Source: an uncultured Planctomycetota bacterium
GTDB taxonomy: Bacteria; Planctomycetota; Planctomycetia; Isosphaerales; Isosphaeraceae
Direction: 5' to 3'
DNA length: 64,000 nucleotides
Assembly: GCA_963845755.1 (NCBI GenBank)
Contig: CAWJTV010000034.1
Location: 576,001 to 640,000, forward strand
A program made the position numbers and the translations under genes. Positions within the stretch are counted from its first letter, which is position 1; each line of letters begins with the position of its first letter. Shown piece after piece: positions 1 to 12,000 of this stretch. The notes under the pieces are model-generated. The model saw only the letters and a list, made by a program, of their open reading frames with translations. It ran no database searches and had not been told where the DNA came from.

Positions 1-683
1 TCGATGAAACCCTGTTTCAGTCGGATGACCGCCCCGATGCCCGGTAGGAACAACGGCGCACTGGCCTTGACGCCATACCGCATCAGGGCGGCGACATGGC
101 CCATCTCGTGGATGTAGATCGACAAGACCAAGCCCAGAGCAAACCAACCGCCGAATACCGTCCAGTACACGCTGAAGGCCGCGAGCATCGACCAGAACGT
201 ACTCGCCTTGGTCAGACCGAGCAGGAGCAACTTCCCTTTGGAGAGGAGTAAGACCGCCAGAACCTTGAACTTCCAGACAGCCACCGCGACTGTACCGATA
301 ACCCCCGAAACCACGCCTCCCGACCATCGTGAGCCGGTCGCCGGACCGCCCGGGCGGGGCTGGGACTTCGGCGCCGCGGCCGTCCTGGAAACCGGCCGTG
401 ATTCGACCTGTCGGTTCAGCCGGCTGATGCGGCCGGCGATGGTCGCGTGCTGGCGGCTCTCCGGCGGTAGAAGGGTCATCGCCTCCTGCCAGAAAGCCAG
501 GGCGCCGGACGGATCGCCCTGGCGTTCCGCGGCCTCGGCAGAGCCAGCCAGCTCCTTGAGCCGGTCACTGTGGACTAACCAGTGGCAGCCTGGGCAAATC
601 AGGAGATTTGACCCGACCTCGCCACCGCACGACGGGCACCAGAACGCAGAGACAATTGAGGGGCTCGCCGGTTCACCGTTCAT
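1..683 (-). CDS. Site-2 protease (peptidase M50) with N-terminal double CxxC zinc ribbon; runs off the window edge
   Basis: Manual translation (not in the ORF track): MNGEPAS...CPSCGG...CPGCHW...TM helices...SIYIHEMGHVAALMRYG...APLFLPGIGAVI. The HExxH lies in a hydrophobic helix. ATG at 683 overlaps the upstream stop. Confidence 0.85.
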   Translation of the reverse strand, partial: MNGEPASPSIVSAFWCPSCGGEVGSNLLICPGCHWLVHSDRLKELAGSAEAAERQGDPSGALAFWQEAMTLLPPESRQHATIAGRISRLNRQVESRPVSRTAAAPKSQPRPGGPATGSRWSGGVVSGVIGTVAVAVWKFKVLAVLLLSKGKLLLLGLTKASTFWSMLAAFSVYWTVFGGWFALGLVLSIYIHEMGHVAALMRYGVKASAPLFLPGIGAVIRLKQGFI

Positions 684-1671
684 CGTCGATCACCTCGGGG
701 GCCGGTTCGCCGGGATCGGCTGTACCCAGGCGGAACGGCCCGTTGAACGCCAGAACTAACCGCCGATTGATCTTCCAGGCTTCCCACAGGGCGAAGGCGA
801 AGATCAGGCCGGAGATGGGCGCACCGTATGCCGCAAGAATGGGGAAGGTGTAGCACAGACCGATCACAATGACCAAAGCTACGAGGAAATCCGCAAGTTT
901 GGGCGGTGGTTCTTTGTCGGCGGGAACCTCCTTAGCGACCACGTCCTCGGCCGCCTTCTCCGCCTTGGCGTCGTTGGCTACGACGAGTGTGCCATCCGCA
1001 GACGGCGGCGCCGGCTTCGGTGCCGCCTCGGCTTCCTGGGACTTCACCGCCCCGCCCACTGGAGCCACGGCCGCTTTAGCCTTGGTCTTGGCCCGATCGC
1101 GCTCGATCTTCTCGAGCAACGCCTGGGCCTCTTTTTGAGCCTGCTCGGCCTCGCCCTTCTTCACGTGAGCCGCGTTGCCTTCGAGGGCAATGGGGACGAG
1201 CATCGCCGTGATCGCGGAATACGTCAAGAACAGGGCGAGGAACTGGTACCCGAGCCCGCCGCGATTCCCCGACCCCTTTCGGACGGCACCACCGACCATC
1301 AAGCCGATCAGGACCGCAATGATGCCGATATTCCAGCCGGTCGCCCGGATGATTGCGTAATAAATCACAGCCCCGGCAACCGCGGCGATCGAGCCGAGAA
1401 CCAGCGCCTTGATCGCTCGACCGAATCGCGAACCGCCGCGAAAAGCGGCCTCGACCCCGTGGCGACACCGCGCGCAGAACACCTTGCCGCTGAGCTCGTA
1501 GTATTCCTCTGCGATCGGCTGTTTGCAGACCGTGCAGGCCGGACCTGCTGCACTGGCCGGCGCGGCGAACTCCGCCTGGTCGAACTGGAGATCTTCTCCG
1601 GCTTCTTCGGGGAGTGCCTCGTCTCCCGTCGGCGTTGGGAAGGCGTTCGGTTCGGACACGGGCGGCCTCAA
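673..1671 (-). CDS. Membrane protein with N-terminal Zn finger (CTVC...FCARC) and several TM helices
   Basis: 332-aa ORF with two CxxC pairs and hydrophobic segments; overlaps the M50 gene by 11 bp. Confidence 0.7.
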   Translation of the reverse strand: MRPPVSEPNAFPTPTGDEALPEEAGEDLQFDQAEFAAPASAAGPACTVCKQPIAEEYYELSGKVFCARCRHGVEAAFRGGSRFGRAIKALVLGSIAAVAGAVIYYAIIRATGWNIGIIAVLIGLMVGGAVRKGSGNRGGLGYQFLALFLTYSAITAMLVPIALEGNAAHVKKGEAEQAQKEAQALLEKIERDRAKTKAKAAVAPVGGAVKSQEAEAAPKPAPPSADGTLVVANDAKAEKAAEDVVAKEVPADKEPPPKLADFLVALVIVIGLCYTFPILAAYGAPISGLIFAFALWEAWKINRRLVLAFNGPFRLGTADPGEPAPEVIDDER

Positions 1672-1887
1672 GATGATGTCAAACGAGGAGAGCGACTGGC
1701 GGAACGGTACTAGGACCCTTGCATTATAATGACGCTACGGCCGGAACAAAAGCTCACGATTCGCGCGAAGTCACCTCGGGCATTGGACACGGCGTGCTAC
1801 AGGATTGGTGATGGTATCGTGGGGTTGGCATGGGGGATCGGAGCGGACGTCGAAGCGGCCTCCCGAGCCCCTGTTTTTCGGTAATGC

Positions 1888-3268
1888 TCACCGTCGCCCG
1901 CGAAAACGATCGCGAGGTCCCGAGGGTCCGGGGACACGTGGCCCGGTACCACCCGGCGGTCTGGTGATCCGTGGACCGGCCGGGTTGGCTAATGTTGAAG
2001 GGTTCCCCTGAATCTCCCGGTCAATCTCATCTCGAGAGCGGGTGTAGGCGGCGATCAGGCGGTCGAACTCGGACTTGATGCCCGGGGTCGCCTTGAGTTC
2101 GACGAAGCTCCTGGAGGACGCGGTCGATCGCTCGGAGCAGGGGGGGGCCGCTGGATCGAGCGAACGCGGTCCGCTCGTCGGCCTCGAGAGGAGTGAGACT
2201 CCGACCGTGCTGCGCCGCGGCCTTCAATCGCTCGACGGCTCGGGAGATGCGGGCCTCGCCGCCAGGAATCGACGCGGGATCGCGGATCTGGGCATATCCG
2301 TCGGCGATGTCGTTGTAGGCGCTGGCCAGCGCGTCGAGGACGGCCTGATGCGCCGCGGTACCGCTCGCCGTTGCGCTCGATGCGGGACCGGGCTGGGATT
2401 GGGTCGATTCGGCGACCGCGAGGGCAGGGCCTTTCACCCCGGGCTTCGCCCCATCCGCGACGCTCGGTCGATTCGATCTCAGTGCGTTGGAGACGACGGT
2501 ATAGGCAACCGCGAAGGAAAATGCGCCGCTAATCACCCCGCCGGCGATTACGGCATGAGTCACCCACTGGGGCCGTCGTGGCTTCGCGGCCGCCGTTTCC
2601 CGCACGGCGTCCCCGGTACGAACCGGCGAGGCGGGGGCTGCGGGAGCCATCACGGGTGTCGCCGTTGCCTGGAGGCCAGCGCGGGCCGAGATTGCGGGCA
2701 TCGCTTCGGACGAGTCGACTTCCCACCATTCCGGGTCGTCATCGTCCTGGTCCGGGATTGGGATGAAGGTCATCGCGCCGTGATCCGGCCCAAGCTCGGG
2801 GGGCGAGTCGGAATGCGCTCCGTTCGGGACCGACGATTTCGGCAGGGCCGGTACCGGGTTCGGCGCACGTCCCCGGGAGGGTGGCTCAGGCTCCCGGCCC
2901 CGGCTCGCGGGCACCGATTCCCGCACCACCGCTCCAGGAGCGGACCACTGGGATCGTGTCGGAATCGTGAAGATGCCGCGACAGGCCGTACAGCGGCCCT
3001 GCTTCCCCGCCAGTTGCGCCGCGAGCCGGTAGCCGTGACCACAGGTCGGGCAGTTGAAGACGATCTTTTCCGGATTCGCCGGGCCCGCCACTTGCGCTTG
3101 CGGCGGTGACGGCATTGGCCGCTTCACGATCTCCGGCTGCCGGCGCGGATTCGCCGGGACCCGGAAGACTTCCTTGCAGACCTTGCAACGGCCCCGCTTC
3201 CCCCCCAGGTCGGCGGCAAATCGATAGGCGTGTCCGCAATTGGGGCAACAGAATGAGATCTCGGACAT
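1888..3268 (-). CDS. Planctomycete-type protein with two Zn ribbons, Pro-rich linker, one TM and a helical C-domain (frameshift near 2095)
   Basis: MSEISFCCPNCG...GRCKVC and FNCPTCG...GRCTAC repeats. The C-terminus continues in another frame (KATPGIKSEFDRLIAAY...) to TGA at 1888. Confidence 0.6.
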
Positions 3269-3670
3269 GGCCCAACCTGCTAGGAAACTCCCATCCCGGA
3301 CGATCCAACGATCCGGCTGATCGCATCGAACGTCCACCCCCGTGCCGATCTGTGCGCGACACTTCCTCTCTATTGTCTTCTCTCGTGCGGTTTTGTCGAG
3401 TGGCACCTTCGTCCCGTCGTGGTCCATGAGACGTTTGTTCAGGCTGCCGCGGTCCCACATAAAAGCGGTGACTGCGACAGCTTCACCCGATACAGCCTCT
3501 TAACCATCCCGAAGACATGGCAGAAGGTTCAGAGGCTGAGAAACCATGGAGTCAAATTCCCGGACTGCGGATGGTCATAGGATATAAATCCCGTCTACAT
3601 AGGGTATTACGTCAATTGAATCGGGAATCGACGATCCGATTCCACCAGATCCCAGCGCTCGAGGCGAGCA

Positions 3671-5861
3671 TCAACCCGGCAAGAGTCCGCCAACCAGGAG
3701 AGCCACGCCGGCGAGGCAGAGGACGACGGCCCAGGCGTATCGGCCGTGACGGGCATAGCTATTCCGCCGGACGCCATCGACGGTGATCGACTTGAGTTCC
3801 AGGTACGGCACCGGCGCGGCGTCGGAACCAGCCGACCGCCTCGACCGGCTTGCCGGCGAACTGGCCGGCGCGGAACAGTCCGAACAGCCACTCCCAGATG
3901 TGCAGGGGTTGTCGGTAGTCGAGGAACAGGATGCCCGTGCCGTCGCGCATCACGAAGTCCTCGGACCAGATCAAGCCCGGGACACCTTTGCCGATGATCG
4001 TTCCCCGCAACCGGGCCGGCACGGGGCGGACGTTCGACACCTTCACCTTGTGCAGCAGTCCCGCCACCGACAGCGGCGCGAAATAATCGCCCCGGTAGAC
4101 CAGGAACGTCTTGATCAGCGATCCGATGCCGAGTCCCAGCACAGGAAGGCCGATCATGGCGAGCATGGCCTGGGACCCCATGGCCACGACGCCCGCGGCC
4201 AGGCAGGCCGCCGCGGCACCCAGTCCCAGCAGCATCAACAGGAGCGGCAAGAACATCACGAGCAGATCGACCGCGAAATCATCCCAGTAGGATTCGGGTT
4301 TGCGCCGATCGAAGACGACGTAGGGCTCTTGACCCATGACCGCGGCCTGGTCGCCCAGGTACTGGAGCCGATGTGCGATGAGCGGATGCGTCGAACCCAG
4401 CTCATAGAACGTGGCCCACGGGTTCCACAGGTCCCATTGCATCGCGCTCTTGAGGTTTTCCTTGCTGACGGTGGGCTCGCGCAATTCCGTTCCGTCGGGG
4501 CTCGACCGGTCGAATCCCAGCGCGGCGGAGCTGGCCACCATGGCTACGGCCGACTTCCGATCGAAGATCCCCAGTGCGCCGAGGGCGTCCAGGGTCGGGG
4601 CCGCACGCTTCTTCTTGGATTTGGCCTTTCGATCCCCGGACTCGTCTTCGGATTCGGCCGGCGGTACGGTCCCTCGTGCAGCCAGCCCGTAGCCGATCTT
4701 GACCAGCGCCGAGGCCAGAGCACTGGGGTTGCCGGTCACCCGGCCGGCGAAGCGATCGGCGTAATACTCGCGGCAGCGGCTGAACCACAAGACGATGTAC
4801 TCGCTGGCGATGTACAGGACATACGCACCGACGGCCACGATGTACCGGTAGGCGTTATCCTTGCCTCTCCCGCCCGCCTCCATCGCTGTGCGAAAGGCAA
4901 AGTAGAGCAGGAGCGGGACGAGCTGGACGATCGTCATCAGCAGCATGTCCCAGTTCTTGCCGTGGCCGATCTCGTGCGCGACGACACCTTCCACCTCCTC
5001 GGGCTCCAGCAGGTCGAGGATTCCCTGCGTGATCACGATCCGCATATTGTTGGGATGGTGGCCGTACGTGAAGGCGTTCGGGGCCCCGTCGTGGATCAGG
5101 CCGAACCAGGGGACTCGCATATTCTGCTCGGCCGCCACGCGCTCGACGAATTCGCGCAGATGCGCGGGGAGCTGATCCGGCGGGACCCATGAGAACTTGT
5201 AGATCCACCTCAAGGCGAGGTCCATCAGCCACGGGCCGAAGGCGAATTGCAAGACGATGATCGCCACGCCGATCCCGACAGCCACGGCCGTCGTGATCAC
5301 CTGGAGCTCTGCCAGGGCGATCAGGACGAGTCCCAGGATGCCGTAGAGCAGGACCAGTACTCCGGCCGACCGGATCCAGAGATTGGGAAGCGGGAGCATT
5401 CCGGAAGCCAGGTCGCGCATCCGGACGTGACCGCGCTCGTCGAGCGCCGATTCGGTCGGGTCGTTCGCCGAGGAAATCAGGCCCTCGGCGCTCTCGCCGG
5501 CGTCCCAGTCGTCGGCCTCGAGGTTAAAGGCATGGCGGTCGGCCTCCATCGCCTTGGTGAGCTCGCCCGCGTCGAACCAGTAGCCCTCGCACTCGGGGCA
5601 ACGGTTGACCATCAGGTCCGCGCGGAGAAATGGCGACTCTTCCATCGGTATCTGACATCGCGGACAGTGACGGTGTGAGGGAGACGGATCGGCCGGCGCC
5701 TGTCCGAGCATTTGCTCGAGGTCCCTGGGCCTGCGGCTGAACAGGAAGACCTCACCCCGGTCGAGCCAGACTCCCTTGCAGGTCTTGCAGAAGTCGACGA
5801 GCACGCCTCCCTTGGCCATCGTCTCGACCAGGGAGGGTCGTTCACAGTGTGGACAATTCAT
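3671..5861 (-). CDS. htpX: HtpX-like M48 membrane zinc protease fused to two N-terminal zf-TFIIB-like Zn ribbons and a C-terminal extension (frameshift near 3815)
   Basis: PNAFTYG, VVAHEIGH, SRCREYYADRFA, STHPLIAHRL; N-terminal CPHC..CKTCKGVWLD and CPRC..CPECEGYWFD. The tail PVPYLELKS...TM lies in another frame ending at 3671. Confidence 0.8.
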
Positions 5862-6326
5862 CGTCGATGACTCCCTCCAGTGACCAGCGATTCGTGTCGA
5901 AGCCGATGATACGAGGCCGACGCCCGATCGCGCCGGTCCCGCAGTATCTTAGCAAGGGATTCGGATCGTTGGACCAAGTATTTCGGGATTTCACGAGGGT
6001 CTGGATCGTTGGAGACGCGGGACACGCACTGGCCGAGCCGAGTGGCCAAGTACGGGTCAGCCTATCGAAGGGGTCCTCTGAGTGCCGACGGATCAAGGCC
6101 GGAGCGACACGGACCTACGATCGGAGTTCGTGGTTTGTCTTGTTTGCATGGTGATGAAAGAAGACCCTGGCCGGTGCGAGACCATTCTTCTCCGATTCTG
6201 GAGCACATAAACGGATGAGTTGCGCACGCAATGTCGGCCGATCTCCGGCGGCCTAAATGGCCACTTGAGCCCAGCCCCGGGTGAAATCCGGGGTCCGCTT
6301 CGACGGGCCGTTCGCCCGATCGACGA

Positions 6327-8202
6327 TCACCGACCCGCTCCAAGCTTCGCGAACATCGGCGCCAGCGACTGCTCGTAATTTCTCCACCGGCCGACCGAAG
6401 TGAAGTAGATCGGCCGGCGGACCTGCGCGACGCTCGTCGTCCGGACCGGCCGCCGCGCCCGGTCGAAGTCGAGACAAACCGGGTCCCAATCGATGCCACA
6501 CCAGGCCAGGAGTCGACGCGACACTCCTTCCAGGTCGTCGACCATCGCCTCGTATTCCAGCTCGAAGATCGGGCTGGGTAATACGCGTCGCCAGTGATCC
6601 ATCACGCGACGATACTCGCTGATCCGCGAGGCGATATGGTCGGGGTCGCAGGCCCATCGCAGCTCGGCGAAGTGGGTCATCCAGCACGAAAGCGCCACGT
6701 CGCGCAGGTCGCGCCGGCAGTGGATCAGCCTGGCTCGCGGGAACATCGCGGCGATGAGGCCGAGGTAAAGCGTGTTCTCCGGCATCTTGTCGACGACCCG
6801 GTCCGCGTCGCCATCCAGGGCATCGAGAGCGTCGAGGTGGCGTTGGCCAAGAAGTCGGAGCGATTCGCGTTCCAGGTCCGGGACACAATCGAGGGGCGCC
6901 CGGTCGCGATGGCCCGTCACTTCGGGCAAGGTCTCGAACGCCTCGCGGACCAACCGCAGCTCGCCGGCACCGAACGCTCGGGGATGGCTGGCGAGGACCT
7001 GTTCGGCGAGGCTGGTGCCCGACCGCGGCATGCCGACGATGAAGACGGGCCGTTCCGTCTCCATGCCCAGATCTCGCACACGTTCGAAGAACGCGGGCGT
7101 GAACGTCGCGATCAACCGGTCGACGAACGACTGGTGCGATGCAGGATCATATCCCCGGCCCCGCGCCTGGAAGTCGTTTTTTTGCAGAGCATTGGCCTGG
7201 GTGAGGAGGGCGGCGGCAAGTTCGAATTCGCGGCGGGCGTCCCGCGTGTGGGCCAGGCCGAACAGGAGCGGCCACCGTTCACCAGCGGAGAGGTTGGGAT
7301 CGGCCAGGAGGTCCTCGATCGCGATCTGGTCCGCCGCGGAAAGTTTGTCCCCGAGCCGGGTCGCCAGCCGTGCCCAGGCTCCGGCGTGGCTCGGATCGTG
7401 CCCCAGCGCCTCACGAAGCGATGCCTGCGCCTCGTCCAGGTGGCCGAGTTCCTCCAGGACACCGCCCAGGCCGGCATGAGCCGCGGCCAGAGTGGGTTGC
7501 AGCCGGATCGCTTCGCGGAAACAGGCCGCGGCCTCGTCCAACCGGCCGAGTGTGTGCAGGACGTTGCCGAGGTTGGTGCGGGCCGCGTGGAATCCGGGGC
7601 TGAGGCGGACGGCCTCCTGACAGTGGACGAGCGCCTCCAACACCTCACCCAGGTCGTGGAGGATTATCCCGAGGTTGTTCCGCGCCTCGGCCGACGCCGG
7701 ATCCCGCCGCACCGCTTCGCGGAACTGCTCAAGCGCCGCGACCATGTCCCCATGGAGCCGCAGCGCGTTCCCGTAATTGTTCCGCGCGGCTACAAAGTCG
7801 GGGGCGATCCGCACCGCCTCCCGGAAGTGGATCAACGCCGTGTCAACGTCGCCCCGAGCCATGAATGTGGAACCGAGGTTACAATGGACGCCGGGACTCT
7901 CCGGCTCGAGCTGGAGCGCCGGCTCGGCAGCAGGCGATGACCTCGTCGAGTTGCCCCAGTGCCCAGTACGCCTCGCCGAGATTGGCGTGATAGATCGCCT
8001 CGGTCGGTCGCAGGGAGACCGCCCGGTGGATCAGTGCCGCGGCCCTAGTGGGATCCCCACGCTGGAGCGCCACCAGGCCCAGCAGGTGAAGGGCTTCGGG
8101 CTCGTCCGGATCCACGGCCAGAACGGCCTCGTAGATCCGCGCGGCCCGATCGAGGTCGCCCCGTTCGTGGTATGCCAGCGCCTCACTCAAATCCACGGCC
8201 AT
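6327..8202 (-). CDS. TPR-repeat sulfotransferase family protein (frameshift near 7920)
   Basis: TPR repeats in both ORF parts; PAPS-binding PVFIVGMPRSGTSL, VDKMPEN, HCRRDLRDVALSC, VRTTSVAQVRRPIY. Confidence 0.88.
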
Positions 8203-8440
8203 CGTTCACAAGGATCCAAAAGGGGAGAACGTCGCTCGGATTTCCGCTCATCGTACGCTTGGTCCCTTCAGCCTGCCAGCGATCGAGGTTGTCGGGAAGT
8301 CGCGGCGCAATGCCGTTGCGGCTGCCGGAGGGATGAGGTTTTGACCGCTCGGCTCGATGGCCGGTAAGATCGTATGGCATGGCCAGTGTGACGATCGAGT
8401 TGACACAAGACCGAGCAAGAACCAACGGAGGGCCGGCGAC

Positions 8441-9010
8441 GTGGTGCCCGCGAAAGACTTCAAGCGACGGATGGTCGTCGAGATCGACGGCACACCGCAC
8501 ATGATCGAGCAGATCCAGGTCCAGACGCCTTCGGCCCGCGGCGCGGCCACGCTCTACAAGATCAAGGCCCGTAACCTCAAGACGCAAGCCCGGGTCGAGA
8601 AGTCCTACCGCGGCACCGATGCGCTGAATGAGTCGAGCTTCGAGCGACGGGACATCCAGTATCTCTACCGCGACGCCGACGCGCTGCACTTCATGGACTC
8701 GGCCAACTTCAACCAGTTCTCGATCACGGCCGAAGAACTGCGCGACCAGGTGCCGTTCATGACCGAGAACATGGAGGGAATCCAGGCCATGGTCGTGGAC
8801 GACGAGGTGATCGCGATCGAGCTGCCGGACACGGTCGAGCTGCCGATCGTCGAGACGACGCCCGGCGTCCGGGGCAACTCGGCGACCGGCCGCACCAAGC
8901 CCGCCACCCTCTCGACCGGGTTCGTCGTCCAGGTCCCGGAGCACCTCGACCAGGGGGTAACCGTCCGCGTCGATACCCGCACGGGCGAGTACCTGGGACG
9001 GGCGGGGTGA
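8441..9010 (+). CDS. efpL: Elongation factor P-like protein EfpL (YeiP)
   Basis: Loop TPSARGAATLYK (Arg at the tip, as in YeiP/EfpL); QYLY, FMD, KPATLSTG and VDTRTGEYLGRA are EF-P family motifs. GTG start at 8441 follows GGAG. Confidence 0.85.
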   Translation: MVPAKDFKRRMVVEIDGTPHMIEQIQVQTPSARGAATLYKIKARNLKTQARVEKSYRGTDALNESSFERRDIQYLYRDADALHFMDSANFNQFSITAEELRDQVPFMTENMEGIQAMVVDDEVIAIELPDTVELPIVETTPGVRGNSATGRTKPATLSTGFVVQVPEHLDQGVTVRVDTRTGEYLGRAG

Positions 9011-9031
9011 GAGTCGGCCGGGCCGTTCCCT

Positions 9032-12000
9032 TCATTCGCCGCGCGCGAACGGCTCGGCCGGGAAGACCAGGTCGAGCATCAGCAGTCGGAAGTCGGGCAG
9101 GTCGCGGAGCGGGTCGAGGGCAGATTCCCGCTTCATGGCGTCGGTGTAGCGGTAGCCCTGGGCCCCGGCCTTGTGGAGCAGGGTCATCGCCATGTCGGCC
9201 TCGGTCTCGCCTTCTGCGGCCGAGAACCCGGCCTGCGCGCGACCCGAGGCGGCGGCCAGCGCGGCGTGGCAACAGGCAAGCTCGTACCACTCCTCCGCCG
9301 TGGGCGATGGCAGGCCCTCGTACAGGGTGATGGCCCTGCGAGTGTCGGCGACCGCCCCGGCGGCGTCTCCGCTGGCCAGTCGCGTCAGCCCGAGCCGGCG
9401 GATGCTGTAGGCCAGGTGGCTGCGGTACATGGTCAGTGCGGGGTTGGCTTTGACCAACTCTTCTCGGATCGCGATCGCTTTTTCATAGCCCTGCCGCGCC
9501 TCGCCGAACCGATGGAGGACGCGGAGGACGTCTGCGGTATTCGTGTGGCCGCTCGCCAGGGCGTTCTGGAAATACGGAAGGCCGGGGTTCTCGTCGGCCA
9601 GCTTCTGGTAGATCGCTCGTGCCTGTTCAAGTTCATTCAAGGACTCGACGGGTTCACCGCTACCCAACAGCAAAATGCCCATGTTGAGGTGGTTGAGGGC
9701 CATGTCCCTCCGGAACCGCAGGTAAGTCGGGTTCTCGTCGGCCAGCCTCCGCCGGATCGCCAGCGACCTCCGCAACGAGGCCAGGGCTTCGGCCGGCTTG
9801 CCAATCTCCATCAGGTACACGCCGATGAGCTCGTGGCTGTACGCCAGGCTGCTCTGGAACGGGGAAACGGCGGGGTTTTCATCAACCAGCTTCTGCAGGA
9901 TCGCCAAGGCCTCGCGATAAGACTTCAGCGCCTCATCAACCTTTCCCGCATTCCGCAGCAGCGAGCCGATCTCGTTGTGGCTATGAGCCAGGTGGCTCCG
10001 GAACTCGGTGACGGCGGAGTTGTCGTCGACCAGCTTCCGCCGGATCGCCAACGCCTGGCGATGGATATCCAGCGCCTCGGCCGTCTTGCCGATCCTCGAC
10101 AACAAGAGGCCGATGTTGTCCTGGGTGTTCGCCAGATTTCTCCGGAAATCGGTGACTGTGGGGTTCTCTTCGGCCAGCCTTTGCTGGATCTCCAGCGACC
10201 GGCGATACGACTCCAGCGCCTCGGCCGTCTCGACGGTATCGGCCAGCACAAGGCCGATATTGTTGTGGGCGTTCGAGAGTCGGGTCCGGAACTGGATGTC
10301 GTTGGGGTTTTCGTCGGCCAGCTTCTGCCGGATCGCCAGCGCCTGGCGGAAAGCTGCCATCGCGTCGGCCGTCTTCCCCGTGCTCCTGTGCAGGGCCCCG
10401 AGCTGGGTGTAAACCAGGCCGAGCCAGTGGCGACGATCTTCGGAACCCGGGCCGGAAAGGGGCAGGCCCTCGATTAGTTCGCGCGCTTCCTCGAAGTGCG
10501 CGAGGGCCTCGGGCGGCTTGGCCATCGCAAGGTCCAGGATCCCGACCGCGTACAGGCTCCTGGCCACATCGAACCGGGCCTCGACTTCGGCGGCGGACAC
10601 CGAGGCCAGCTCGCGACGAATCGCCAGCCCCTTCTGGTGAGTCTCGAGCGCCGCGACCTGGTCGCCGATCTTCTGGGTCAGATCGCCGAGCTCGAAGTAA
10701 GCATTCCCCATCGACACGCGCGAGGCGCGGTCGAGCTGATCCTTGAGCAGGCCTTCCAGCTTGCCGTAGAACTCGGCGGCGCCCTTGAGGAGCTTATCGC
10801 GCAGCGGCTTGAATTGGTCGGCCTTGAGCACCAGGTCATCGCCGACCTCGCCGTGGAACAGCTTGATCGCCTCCATCGCCAGGTCGAACCGCTGCTTCTC
10901 GCGTATGTTTGCGCGTGCGAGCTCGCTGTTGGCCTGCTGGAGCCGGCCATTGGCCCGAGTCTGCACGGCGAGCACGGCTCCGGTGCCCGCCAGGGCCACC
11001 AGCACCGCGGCCGCCAGTGAAGTGACCGCCGTCCGGTGCCGCCGCGCCCACCGCCGGGCGCGGCGCGACCACGGCTCACGCCAGGCGGTCACCGGCTCGT
11101 CGGCCGCCCACCGCTCCAGGTCCTCGGCCAGCCCACGACAGGAGGCGTAGCGATCCTCGGGTTTCGTCGCCATCGCCTCGAGGCAGACCGCCTCGAGCGC
11201 CTTGTCGATCGACGGGTCGAGCTGGCGCGGCCGGGCGAACTCGCCGCGCTGCACCTTGCGGAGCACCTCGCCGATGTCGTCGCCCTCGAAAGGCGACCGC
11301 CCGGTGAGCAGGCAGTAAAGCGTGGCACCCAGGCTATAGACGTCCGACCGCGGCCCCAGCCGGTCCAGTTCGCCGCAGGCCTGCTCGGGGCTCATGTAGG
11401 CCGGGGTTCCCAGCGCGCTGCCGGGCAGCGTCTCGGCGCTGCCGCTGGCCGAGCTCGGCATCAGCGTTCGCTCCCCGGTGTCTCTCCCGGGTTCAATCCG
11501 GCCCAGCGGCTTGGCCAGGCCCCAATCGACCACCAGCGTCTCGCCGTGCTTGCCGACGATGATGTTCCCCGGCTTGATGTCGCGGTGCAGCACGCCGCGG
11601 CTGTGCGCGTAGTCGATCGCGTTGCAGACGTCCGTGAATCGTCGCAGGAGCTTGCGCAGTTCCAGCGACCGGCGGCCGGGGTTGCCCTTCAGAGCCTCGT
11701 CGGCGTGGAAGTGTTCGATGGCCTCCTTGAGGCTGTCGCCCTTGATGAAACGCATCGCGTAGTAGGGGCGGCCGCCGTCGTACGTGCCCAGCCCATAGAC
11801 CGGCACGATCCCGGGGTGTTCGAGTCCGCCGGTGATCTCGGCCTCGATCAGGAACCGTTGTCGGCTGGACGGGTCGTCGGCGTGGTGCTCGAGGATTTGT
11901 TTCAGCGCCACCTCGCGGTTCAGTTCGGAGTCCAACGCCACGAACACCGCCCCCAGCCCGCCCCGAGCATGCGGCCGGAGTACGCGAAACCGCTGACCGT

